Assembly (NCBI GenBank): GCA_029821755.1
Contig: JALGSV010000006.1
Location: 42,018 to 106,017 of the forward strand
Reading direction: 5' to 3'
DNA length: 64,000 nucleotides
DNA from: Candidatus Zipacnadum vermilionense
GTDB taxonomy: Bacteria; Armatimonadota; Zipacnadia; Zipacnadales; Zipacnadaceae
The notes beneath the pieces were generated by a model. The model saw only the letters and a program-made list of their open reading frames with translations. It made no database searches and was not told the DNA's origin. Each line of letters begins with the position of its first letter. The first letter of the stretch is position 1. The translations under genes were made by a program, and so were the position numbers. Shown piece by piece: positions 27,501 to 34,882 of the stretch.

Positions 27501-28012
27501 AGGCTGACAAGGGGCCCGGGTACCTGGGCAGGGACCGCGGGCGGGTCATAGGTCTTCCCGCCCAGGAGGAGCGTCGCGCTGAAAAGATTCGTGGCAATGT
27601 CCACCGAGCCCACCCCCTCCTTGACGGAGAGATCTCCCGCCAGGGGTGGCCTGGCGGGCGGGGTCGCCGCATAGGTGAGCGTGAAGGTCTTGGTCGTCTG
27701 TGGCGCGAGGTCGGTGATAAAGGAGACCTGCGCCTGCTTCACGGTCTGGTTGTCGGGCCACAGCTCGAGGTCGGAGAACTGCACCGGCAGGGGCCCGTCG
27801 GGGCCGGTCATGCGCAGGCTACCGGGAGCGCAGGCGCCCTGGGGCGCAGAGAAGGGGTAAGTCAGCAGTTCCTGCTCCCAGGTCTGACCCAGGTGTTCCT
27901 TCAGGACGATTTTCTGTTCGGCGGCCATCAGGGCACCCCCGAGGGAAAGGGTAAGTACAGCGGTCACGAGGCAGACGAGCAGGATGCGTTGCGAAGCAGT
28001 CATGACAATCAC
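24524..28012 (-). CDS. Large secreted protein, putative polysaccharide lyase-like (alpha-toroid plus beta domain)
   Basis: Signal peptide; helical core with NPNM and GEWYESGHY; C-terminal heparinase II/III-like pattern (GSILRN, WRRQVLYLK, YLVFRDTV). Confidence 0.55.
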   Translation of the reverse strand: MIVMTASQRILLVCLVTAVLTLSLGGALMAAEQKIVLKEHLGQTWEQELLTYPFSAPQGACAPGSLRMTGPDGPLPVQFSDLELWPDNQTVKQAQVSFITDLAPQTTKTFTLTYAATPPARPPLAGDLSVKEGVGSVDIATNLFSATLLLGGKTYDPPAVPAQVPGPLVSLALGDGTQFSGSRLFGNTTITSYQALLTSVGGVFARVEYLYTYADGNTLRMIAQVNAGDCGIMWDTDVKDDRVADGVDFLLSQGLPPLVFPVNMEWFTKRKVFLDSEAKVGDLVELPLDAYNERIVTKLTPWNDWWDDYTQILIPLNITGKNTQLQISSRDPGAWVEPAAPGTMRDWGGWQHKLIPIERADNGEVYLRVNNAQGIRRWTSRQVMVPTGEGAFSWWERGMGREPLNVVKDYVLDWPEQPDSHPRLFVSREQVQEYFRTAPHDEKQIQYILATKPEIRPEPSYKDAWALEAWLRSGGKDEIATEVQLAERLPQHLNLLGQFDTMRSTGIVAALYDALIDSDLVTPEERPLYRAQMAYLAYKINDPSTWSIERGYKSGNPNMSVSHMLARGILACLLPDHPMAKAWVEPAIARMNQWMTEVGPEGEWYESGHYAQVTYSTMIWFALAAQRAGFYDYGKDPAFLRFGMYIAKHQTPLDPQRGDRRASPPLGRAQAGEMWAHLGLLAALTRETRPEYSRIMQWCWAQSGYDMKVMDTRLSGFEVVVLDPDQPAEKPAWGSDWFPEMGSILRNGVGTLEENYVLLLTNSKIAFARVSEPGGLMKWFAKGRPIAGLFCPGYSERQELLTSRVLRARTWKPGDNWFLPFGNATVTGEDLSALLPRADYVNTTYAIGSVYDANWWTTDVPADLTEWPPVAQEGQDPFDWRRQVLYLKDDDPGGPNYLVFRDTVSGGQPTMWQMWTLSEKLGTPEQAADVTAFLADKPGETAVPPSPLTGDRFTAVGQLDLDLEYYLAAPTGTPRWTLRWGTYYGDYGVVGDEYQDLLQVQMPGDGVYFVAMYPRLRTEPVPTFATLGGGKVIKVSADWGTDYAFLSAAEATADADAARFRGTSACIQDRATGLVLALNAAGEVAYEDCAVQADAPVSLRAGEAAAAINAPAGHQELQVTITLPGAWSPVKPAAGVKWERVGEGKCRLTLPANVTQVQLAKG

Positions 28013-28042
28013 CTCATCTGATTAGACAACCGGGCCGGTCTC

Positions 28043-28190
28043 GTAGGGGCGAATGTTCCGCGGGGCCGTTTCCGCGGAACATCCGCCCGCGCCTGTCGCT
28101 TACGCACCGGATAACCGTCGCACGAGGCGAGGTGTCTGCCGTAGCCGCGGGCGGATATTGTGGCTCGGAAGCCACAATATCCGCCCCTAC
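28043..28190. repeat. GTAG-type REP doublet (BIME-like, family C)
   Basis: GTAGGGGCG...CGCCCCTAC ends with two internal hairpins; an inverted relative lies at 50962-51095. Confidence 0.85.
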
Positions 28191-28200
28191 GAGAACCGGT

Positions 28201-29319
28201 TCAGTGGTCGAGTTCCAGTATCTTCTCCCGGTAGTGCAGGTAGTTGACCAGCGGCACGTCCGGGGGCACGCCGTGGTCGGTGGTGGGGGCGTAGCCGCCG
28301 CGGCGGAACATCGCCGGGAGGAGGCGCTCCAGCTCCCGGTCGAGCACACTCAGGTCGGCGCCGTCGGTAAGCAAACGCTTGTCCAGACCGCCGAAGAGGA
28401 CCAGGTCTGGGTATTTCTCCCCTATCGCCACCACTTCCTGCCCTGAGGCCACCTCACACGGCGAGACGGCGTCAAAGCCGGCTTCCCGGTACAGGGGGAT
28501 GGCCTCGTCCGCGTTGCCATCGGTGTCGAGCATGACGTACAGCGGCCGCGTCTGGCGCTGCCGGGCGCGCTGGATAAGTTCGACGTAGTATGGTCGGAGG
28601 AACTCCCGCCACACCGCCGGCGAGATGAGCATCCCCGCCTTGTAACAGATGTCCTCGGCCATGGCCAGTTCGTCCAGGGCGTAGGCGGACTGAATGCGGG
28701 CCAAGCTCAGGTCCTGGAAGTTGAGCCACGCCGCCATGATCTCGTGCACCAGCTTCGGCATATCGTAGAAGGCGTAGAGGATGCCCTCCGGGCCGAACAT
28801 GTTGCGCAGATACATGTAGCCACCGATGAGGCCCTGGTAGACCCAGAAGGGCGGCGCATCGGCGGCAGAGGCGGCCTCGATTTCCGCCCGCCCCTGCTCG
28901 AAGCCCTCCCACCGGGCCGGATCGGCCGGGTCCAGGCGGTGCTCGACGTTGTCGCGCCAGTCCGCCTCGCAGGCCACCGCGTGCTGGAGGTAGGTGGGCA
29001 TGGCCAGGCTGGGCCGGTCCCTGAAGATGCGCTTGATGCGCCCGCTCGTGTCCTGGATGACCTGATACTCCGGAGTCTCCTCCAGCACTTGCGCCTCGAA
29101 GCCGGGCAGTAGGGGCGTTTCCACTCAGCCCAGGTCCACGTTGGGCCCGCGGACGTCCACCGGGTCGAAGCCGAAGAGGTTTGTCTCGGCCCAATCCTCG
29201 GGGAGGCCCTCCCCCTGCCAGCGCTCCAGGGTCTCCGGCCAGAAGTAGAACTCCTGGCGAGGGAAGTGGTCCACCGTGCCGAAGGTGCAGACGGCCTCGC
29301 GGCGCTCGCGGTAGGTCAT
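28201..29319 (-). pseudogene. URO-D-family gene interrupted by an in-frame TGA (29127-29125)
   Basis: ORFs 29125-29343 and 28201-29124 are contiguous and in frame (..NVDLG-TGA-VETPLLP..) and together give one full-length URO-D paralog. Confidence 0.7.
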
Positions 29320-29355
29320 GGTAGAAGGGGATGGGTTGAACATGGGCGGAGGATA

Positions 29356-29383
29356 ATTCGGCGAGAGGAGCGGAGGAACCTGC
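29356..29383 (-). promoter_or_regulatory. SigH-like promoter GCAGGT-N17-CGAAT
   Basis: Ends 12 nt upstream of ATG 29343. Confidence 0.55.
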
Positions 29384-29443
29384 CTGGTGCTGCCACCTGG
29401 CCGCCTTACGGTGATGCAGAGGAGCTGAGAGTGAGGTGCCGAT

Positions 29444-30376
29444 CTACCACCCCACCACCCGCGGCCCGTCTTGTTCCCATTCCACCCCCGTCAGCCACAG
29501 CCCCTTCGTCCGGTCGCTGTATGCGTGCTCCACGTCGTCCAGGTCACAGGAGCAGTGGCTCATGTACCAGCGCCCCTCCGCCTCGAACACCTCGACGGCA
29601 TGGGCCGGGGAGAAGGCCACGTCCTCCTGGTCCGTGAAGCGCAGGGGATTGTCGGAGACGGCCAGGCGGGTGCCGTCGCGGTGCTTGTAGAAGAGGTAGT
29701 AGAGGCCATCACGGGCGACGACGCAGGGGGATTCCATTGAAGTCGTGGAGTAGTCCGAGGCGAACTCGCGGATCATCACCGGCCCGGCATCTTGCCAGGA
29801 GACGAGGTTGTCCGAGACCGCCGCGCCCAGGGCGACGAGGCGGAAGTGGGTGTCCTTGATCCAGGTGACGTAGTATAGAACGTATCCGTAGTCCGGGTGC
29901 GGCAGGACGTGCGGATCGCGACAGCAGCCCCAAGTACCCGAGCCCGGCCGATACTCGGCCCAGGAGGTGGAGGGACGGAAGACGGGGTTGTGCGGGTGCT
30001 TCTCCCAGGTGTACAGGTCCCGCGAGGTCGCCAGGCACATAGACTCCATCTTCAGATCGGTGTTGATGCCGGAGTAGAAGAGGTAGTAGACGCCCTCTCG
30101 CTCGACCACGTAGGGGGCAAAGAGGTGGTGCGTCTCGTGGCGGGAGGCGGGGTCCACCGCCAGCACGTCCGGGCGCGGCTCCCAGGTCAGCAGGTCCGTG
30201 CTGACCGCGTGGCCGAAGCTGATCTCCGCGTCCACGTCATAGCAGCCCCGGCCCGTGGGCCCGACGATGTGGAAGAGGTGCCACCGGCCGTCGGGGCCAC
30301 GGACGAAGCTGTGGTCGTTTACGTAACGACCCTCCGGTTGGTAGACGAGGCGGAAGGGGGAAGGTTGATTGGTCAT
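29444..30376 (-). CDS. Five-bladed beta-propeller glycoside hydrolase (GH32/GH43-like)
   Basis: YVNDH, WHLFH, HAVSTDLLTW, RDPHV and MESP motifs give a Asp/Asp/Glu triad. Confidence 0.8.
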   Translation of the reverse strand: MTNQPSPFRLVYQPEGRYVNDHSFVRGPDGRWHLFHIVGPTGRGCYDVDAEISFGHAVSTDLLTWEPRPDVLAVDPASRHETHHLFAPYVVEREGVYYLFYSGINTDLKMESMCLATSRDLYTWEKHPHNPVFRPSTSWAEYRPGSGTWGCCRDPHVLPHPDYGYVLYYVTWIKDTHFRLVALGAAVSDNLVSWQDAGPVMIREFASDYSTTSMESPCVVARDGLYYLFYKHRDGTRLAVSDNPLRFTDQEDVAFSPAHAVEVFEAEGRWYMSHCSCDLDDVEHAYSDRTKGLWLTGVEWEQDGPRVVGW

Positions 30377-30451
30377 GGGTGAGCGGCCGGACCCACCCCC
30401 CTGCCCCCCTCCCTGGTAGGGAGGGGGGAGTTGAGAGGGCAAGAGGCGCGG

Positions 30452-31513
30452 CTAGAACCGCAGATTCCGCACCTGGTCCAGATACCACTTGTACATCTCC
30501 AGGGATACGCCAGGGGTGATCAGGTGGTCGGGCATCATGAGGTACCCGCCGTCCTTGAGCAGCGGCATCAGGCGGTCGAACTCAGCGAGAACGTCAACCT
30601 GGCTGCGCTCCAGGGTGAGCTTGTCGAAGTTGCCGACGATGCGCAGGTCCTTGCCGTGCTTACGCCGCAAAGCCATGCCATCGGCATGCCAAACGCCGAC
30701 CTCGACGGGGAACTGCACGTTCACCCCCGCCTCCAGCCAGGGGCCGACCAGGGCGCTGACATCGCCATCGGAGTCGATGCCGTACAACTTCACGCCGTAC
30801 TCCTCCAGCTTGTTGCGAATCTTGCGGTAGCCCGGCGCGACGCACTCGTTGAAGATCATGGGGCTGACCAGCGGCCCGGCCCGGCCGCAGATGTCCTCCC
30901 AGCCAAAGCCCATGTCCACCTGGATATGCGGCAGCACCTGGTCCAAGCCCCAGCAGGTCAGGTCCGCGACGGTGTTGACCATGTCGGCATAGCAGTCCCG
31001 GTCATCGAACATCAGGTACGACATGCCTTCGACGCCCATCCAGTTGCGGATCCAGCCCATCATCGAAGCGGTCCCCACCGTCAGGGGGAGACCCGAAGCC
31101 TCCGCCGTGGCGATCTGCTGGGAGAGGTTCTCGGGGAGGCGGGCCGGGTCGGGCTGTAGGCGCTTCTTATACTCCGGCCAGTCCGCAGCCGTCTTGAGCG
31201 TGAAGTCGATGAAGTGCGGGATGCAGGACTTGCCCTTCCAGTCCTTGCACACCACGCCATCTCCCTGGCGGAAGATGCGGTACTCCTCGGTCTCCTCCAG
31301 GCACTCCTCCTCGAAGGCAGGCAGAAGATTCAGGTCGACGCCCACGCCGCCCCATTGAGGGACGGTACCGAAGTATTCGTGCGTGTGGTCGCGCGGCAGG
31401 CCCTCGCCATACCAGCGCTCCAGGGTCTCCTCCCAGCCGGTCCAGTGGATGACCGGCATCCGGTCGAAGTCGCCGTAGAACATGATTTCGTGAAACAGCT
31501 CGCGATAGGTCAC
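30452..31513 (-). CDS. URO-D-family protein
   Basis: WEETLERW, WEDICGRAGPLVSP, DSDG and GGYLMMPDH motifs. Confidence 0.8.
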   Translation of the reverse strand: MTYRELFHEIMFYGDFDRMPVIHWTGWEETLERWYGEGLPRDHTHEYFGTVPQWGGVGVDLNLLPAFEEECLEETEEYRIFRQGDGVVCKDWKGKSCIPHFIDFTLKTAADWPEYKKRLQPDPARLPENLSQQIATAEASGLPLTVGTASMMGWIRNWMGVEGMSYLMFDDRDCYADMVNTVADLTCWGLDQVLPHIQVDMGFGWEDICGRAGPLVSPMIFNECVAPGYRKIRNKLEEYGVKLYGIDSDGDVSALVGPWLEAGVNVQFPVEVGVWHADGMALRRKHGKDLRIVGNFDKLTLERSQVDVLAEFDRLMPLLKDGGYLMMPDHLITPGVSLEMYKWYLDQVRNLRF

Positions 31514-31641
31514 TGTGGTGACTCCCTTCAGAATAAGCGTCCGAGGGCCGGGGGGTCCTGTCGGCGTCGGCCGCAGCTTAGCAAGCGGGCGGCCGTCACG
31601 CCGCCGACGGCGCGAAAGCCGCCCCACGCGGACCGACGGCC

Positions 31642-32799
31642 CTACAAGTTCGCCGTGGTCAGCGCCTCCCGGTACAGGTCCATGACCTCCGCCTCGGTCG
31701 GCACGCGCGGGTTGCAGGCCACGTCCGGGAAGTCCATGCAGTCCTTAAGCACCGGACCCAGGCCCGACTCGGGGACGTTGAGGTCGCACAGGCTGATATA
31801 CATCCCGATCCGCTTCATCCAGGCGATGATCGCCTCCACCGCCTCGCCGCAGTCGGTTACCGAGGCCTCGAAAAGCCGGGCCACCTTGGTGAACTTGTCC
31901 GCTGCCGCCTCGCAGGTGAAGCGCAGGAAGGGCGGGTAGACGACCGCGAGCGACTGGCCGTGCGCCACATGCGGGAAGTGGCCGCTAATCGGCTGGCCCA
32001 TGGCGTGGGGCAGCGTTGTCCCCGCGTTGGAGATGGACATGCCGGCCAGGGTGTCGGCCCAGGCCAGGTTGGTGCGCGCCTCCAGGTTGGCGCCGTCCGC
32101 CACGGCCGTCTCGACGTTCTCGGCCAGCAAACGCAGGGCCTCCAGCGTCATCAGGTCCGTCATCGGCGTGGCCCCGGGGTTGGTGTAGGACTCGAAGGCG
32201 TGGGTGAAGGCGTCGAAGGCAGTGGAAGCGGTGAGCGGCGCGGGCAGGCTCAGCATCAGCTCGGGATCCACGATCGCCGCACGGGGGAAGACCTGATCGT
32301 GGGCGATGGCCGACTTACACTCGATGGCGCTGTTGGTGATGACCGCGTAGCGGGTGGCATGAGCGCCGGTCCCCGAGGTGGTGGTGACCGCGATGATGGG
32401 CAGCGTCAGCGGCGTCGGCTGCTGGGGCTGGAAGTACATGTAGTCCCACACACTGCCGGGATGGGTCGCGGCGACGGCGATGCCCTTGGCGGTGTCAATG
32501 GTACTGCCGCCGCCGATGCCGATGACGCACTCGACGCCCTCGTCCTGGGCGATCCGCGCGCCGCGGTCGATGCTCTCCACGGTGGGGTTGGGGACGGCCT
32601 GGTCGTAGACGACCACCGACAGCCGCGCCGCCTCCAGGCTGGCTTGGGCCCGAGCGAACATCGGCTGCAGCGCCGGCTCCCAGGGCACGGTGACCAGCAT
32701 GACGCGCCCGCCGTGCGGGGCGGTGAGTTCTCCGAGCATTTCCAGTTTCCCCGCGCCAAACTCGATGGCGGTGGGGGCGAGATGGCGGAAGTTGAGCAT
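31642..32799 (-). CDS. Iron-containing alcohol dehydrogenase
   Basis: GGGSTIDTAK, TTSGTG, DAFTHAFE and metal-binding PHAMG/HG motifs. Confidence 0.93.
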   Translation of the reverse strand: MLNFRHLAPTAIEFGAGKLEMLGELTAPHGGRVMLVTVPWEPALQPMFARAQASLEAARLSVVVYDQAVPNPTVESIDRGARIAQDEGVECVIGIGGGSTIDTAKGIAVAATHPGSVWDYMYFQPQQPTPLTLPIIAVTTTSGTGAHATRYAVITNSAIECKSAIAHDQVFPRAAIVDPELMLSLPAPLTASTAFDAFTHAFESYTNPGATPMTDLMTLEALRLLAENVETAVADGANLEARTNLAWADTLAGMSISNAGTTLPHAMGQPISGHFPHVAHGQSLAVVYPPFLRFTCEAAADKFTKVARLFEASVTDCGEAVEAIIAWMKRIGMYISLCDLNVPESGLGPVLKDCMDFPDVACNPRVPTEAEVMDLYREALTTANL

Positions 32800-32859
32800 A
32801 GTATCCTCCTGAGTAAGTGTCAGTTGACAGTGTCAGTTGTGGACGTAGGGGCGCGTTTT

Positions 32860-32991
32860 GGGTTGTGTTCAAAAAGGCCGTTTCCGCGTGGGGCGGGCTT
32901 CCAGCCCGCCACGGGAGCCGCATATTCATGGGATGGCGGGCTGGAAGCCCGCCCCACGCGGACAGAAGGAGCGACTTTTTGAACACAACCC
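32860..32991. mobile_element. 132-bp MITE-like element with 17-bp TIRs enclosing a family B REP doublet
   Basis: Perfect TIRs GGGTTGTGTTCAAAAAG / CTTTTTGAACACAACCC; inner GTGGGGCGGGCTTCCAGCCCGCC and its reverse complement. Confidence 0.7.
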
Positions 32992-33056
32992 TTGCCGCGT
33001 CTGCGCGGCAACACACGCCCGAGCGCTACGGTGTGGACAGCGACGGGCTACAGAGC

Positions 33057-33731
33057 TCACCGCAGAAACCGAGCGATGAAGAGGCGGACCCCGTCTATCA
33101 TCAGCGAGACGCGCCCTGGGTCAACGTCTTCGAGTCTTTCGAACCTGTGGTGGTCCACGTCGTTCCGCAGTCCTCCCCACGCGACCACGTGTTTCTGTTG
33201 GGTCTTGTCGTATTCGGGAAAACCCCCCTGTCCGTGGAGGTGGTACAGGGCTTGGTTGTACTTCTCGATGCTCCCGTCGCCCGACCAGGGGCCGACGTGC
33301 TCTTCGTGTAGTTTCCTTAGGGCATCTTCCAGGACCGCCCCGGCGAGGCTTGCGGCGGGGATGTGGTACGGGCTGCCTGCGCTGCAGAAGTGCTTGGCCA
33401 TTTCGAGCAGGTCGTCGAATACCTCCGCGGTGATCTCCTGGCGTAGGCCCGGAAGAGCCGCGGCCAGGTCGCTTCTAGCGCCCTGAAGTACCCCCCAGCA
33501 GGCGGTGAACACGGCCCGCTCGCCCGACGGCTGTTTCTTCTTGACAACATCCCGGAAGCGGGCCCAGTGCAGGTTCTCCTTGTACGGCCCGAAGGACAAC
33601 CTGATGACGTTCTCCGCCGATGTACGCCAGGCTGCGTACCCTCGCTCCCAAGCGGCACCGCCAGCCCGGTCGATTTCCTCAGCCGACTTGAGCAACTCAT
33701 CCATGCGGTTCAGATATGGCTCAATGGCCAT
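33057..33731 (-). CDS. HEPN-superfamily (DUF4145-like) protein
   Basis: AASLAGAVLEDALRKL helix and RNDVDH (Rx4H) motif; SD GGAGG. Confidence 0.65.
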   Translation of the reverse strand: MAIEPYLNRMDELLKSAEEIDRAGGAAWERGYAAWRTSAENVIRLSFGPYKENLHWARFRDVVKKKQPSGERAVFTACWGVLQGARSDLAAALPGLRQEITAEVFDDLLEMAKHFCSAGSPYHIPAASLAGAVLEDALRKLHEEHVGPWSGDGSIEKYNQALYHLHGQGGFPEYDKTQQKHVVAWGGLRNDVDHHRFERLEDVDPGRVSLMIDGVRLFIARFLR

Positions 33732-33799
33732 CGGTCCATGGCCTCCTGAAGCGTCAGATGGTTGGTTATCGATGCTCCACGACGCCGCGCCAGCCGCCC

Positions 33800-34882
33800 C
33801 TACGTGGTGATCATCACTTTCAAATGGTCCGCGCCCGGCGTCAGCATGAAGCGCACGGCCTCCGGGGTCTGCTCCAGCGCGAAGCGGTGCGTGATCAGAC
33901 GCTTGGGGTCCAGGCGACCCTCCGCCAGCAGGGCGAGAGGGATAGTCCACGGCTCCCCGGGCCAGGTGGGGCCGTACGACATCCACTGGCCGCGCAGGGT
34001 TAACATGCGCCGGCAGATTTGTTCCCGCTGCTCCCCGGTGAGCACGACCTCACCCGGGCCGGTACCGACCATCACCAGCGCGCCGCCCTTGGCCAGAGAC
34101 TCCAACGCCGGGGCGAAGGCGGCGTAGTGTCCACTGCACTCCAGGCAGACCTCCGTCCCGCGCCCGGCGGTCAGCTCCCGGACTTGCTCGGGGACGGAGT
34201 CCGCGGTGCTCAGCACCGTCTCGGCCCCCAGCGAGGCGGCCAGGGCCAGCTTCTCCGGGATAACATCACAGGCGATCACCGGCGCGGCCCCCAGGGCCAG
34301 AGCGACCTGGACGGCCAGGAGACCAATGGCACCGGCGCCCATGACGAGGACGGCGGGGCCTGCCCCCCCGGCCTCGCCCGGGAACAGACCGGACAGCAGG
34401 CAGCCCTTGGTCGCTACCGACAACGGCTCCAACATGGCGGCGGATTCATCGTCCACTGCGTCCGGAAGTGACAGGAAGTTGCTCGCGGGGGCTACCATGT
34501 ACTCCGCCAACCCGCCGTCCTTCCGTGAGCCGAAGAAGCTGTAGCCGTCGCAAAGGGAGAACTCCCCGCGCCGGCAGTAGGAGCAGGTGAAGTCGGGGAG
34601 AAGCGGGAGGAGGGCGACGCGCTGGCCGACCGCCAGGGTCTCTCCGCCCGGCACCGACGAGACGCCGGTGTCACCGGGGCGAGAAGCCTCCACCACTCCG
34701 CTGCACTCATGGCCCAGCACCACGCGGTTCCACTTTTCGTCCGGGTCCCGCAGGCGGGCCAGGTCGCTGCCGCAGATCCCGCAGGCCCGCATGCGCACCA
34801 GCACTTCCCCCGGCCCGGGCTCGGGCGGAGGACGGTCCACGACGGTTACCTCGCCGGGTTGGGTGCGCAGGATGGCCCTTAT
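33800..34882 (-). CDS. Zn-dependent polyol/sugar(-phosphate) dehydrogenase (GatD-like); apparent ATA start
   Basis: CGICGSD, GHECSG and GAGAIG motifs; the reading frame extends to ATA-AGG-GCC-ATC (xRAIL) 8 nt after GGAGG. Confidence 0.8.
   Translation of the reverse strand: MRAILRTQPGEVTVVDRPPPEPGPGEVLVRMRACGICGSDLARLRDPDEKWNRVVLGHECSGVVEASRPGDTGVSSVPGGETLAVGQRVALLPLLPDFTCSYCRRGEFSLCDGYSFFGSRKDGGLAEYMVAPASNFLSLPDAVDDESAAMLEPLSVATKGCLLSGLFPGEAGGAGPAVLVMGAGAIGLLAVQVALALGAAPVIACDVIPEKLALAASLGAETVLSTADSVPEQVRELTAGRGTEVCLECSGHYAAFAPALESLAKGGALVMVGTGPGEVVLTGEQREQICRRMLTLRGQWMSYGPTWPGEPWTIPLALLAEGRLDPKRLITHRFALEQTPEAVRFMLTPGADHLKVMITT

Noticed and set aside
29125-29127. Genome-wide TGA reassignment
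   Set aside because: Many intact genes here end in TGA (lysA, pdxT, rluB) and use TGG for Trp.
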